From Pecten maximus (lineage: Eukaryota): a stretch of 64,000 nucleotides of DNA. This document shows positions 63,481-64,000 of this stretch, in pieces. Under the pieces are notes generated by a model. The model searched no databases and was not told where the DNA came from. It was given only the letters and a program-made list of their open reading frames with translations. Location: NCBI RefSeq assembly GCF_902652985.1, contig NC_047015.1, positions 12,524,001 to 12,588,000 on the forward strand, read 5' to 3'. The position numbers and the translations under genes are program-made. Position 1 is the stretch's first letter. Each line of letters opens with the position of its first letter.

Positions 63481-64000
63481 TCTGTTATAACACCCTCTAC
63501 AGTTCTCGTTAGCTTATTGACTAGGACGTAGGTCTAACCCTCTATTACAGTATACTTTACAGTTCTCGATAGCTTATTGGCTAGGACGTAGGTCTCTCCC
63601 TCTGTTATAACACCCTTTACAGTTCTCGTAAGCTAATTGGCTAGGACGTAGGTCTCTCCCTCTGTTATAACGCCCTTTACAGTTCTCGTTAGCTTATTGG
63701 CTAGGACGTAGGTCTAACCCTCTGTTACAACACACTTTACAGTTCTCGTTAGCTTATTGGCTAGGATGTAGGTCTATCCCTCTGTTACAACACACTTTAC
63801 AGCTCTCGTTAGCTTATTGACTAGGACGTAAGTCTACCCCTCTGTTACAACACCCTTTACAGTTCTCGTTAGCTTATTGACTAGGACGTAGGTCTAACCC
63901 TCTGTTGCAACACCCTTTACAGTTCTCGTTAGCTTATTGACTAGGACGTAAGTCTACCCCTTTGTTACAACACCCTTTACAGTTCTCGTTAGCTTATTGA
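63481..64000 (+). repeat. 60-bp minisatellite running off the window end
   Basis: TCTGTTACAACACCCTTTACAGTTCTCGTTAGCTTATTGGCTAGGACGTAGGTCTAACCC. Confidence 0.95.

Overview
AT-rich eukaryotic genomic DNA with spliced genes, dense minisatellites and non-autonomous transposons. The repeat families (Helentron/HINE-type elements with internal satellite arrays, Meta/Nin-domain-like SINEs) and the intronless divergent Cys-loop receptor suggest a bivalve mollusc (inference). Genes in order: the 5' end of a minus-strand gene (probably REXO5-like) head-to-head with a complete 8-exon ERI2 exoribonuclease gene (1605-12354); a tandem array of four intronless ARF-like GTPase genes (three intact, one frameshifted) alternating with three decayed ARF pseudogenes (about 21.1-36.6 kb); a single-coding-exon BTB-BACK-Kelch gene; and an intronless non-alpha nAChR-like subunit. 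The most interesting system is the ARF array. All copies replace the catalytic switch-II Gln (ARF6 Q67/ARF1 Q71) with Arg, carry a C-terminal tail of about 35 aa, and differ from each other almost only on the switch/effector face. Also notable are the noncanonical nAChR separated from a TATA box by a 2.9-kb minisatellite, minisatellites seeded from functional sites, and nested or recent transposon insertions with visible empty sites. No CRISPR, rRNA or tRNA genes were found. All calls were made by eye without alignment tools, and TE and pseudogene boundaries are approximate.
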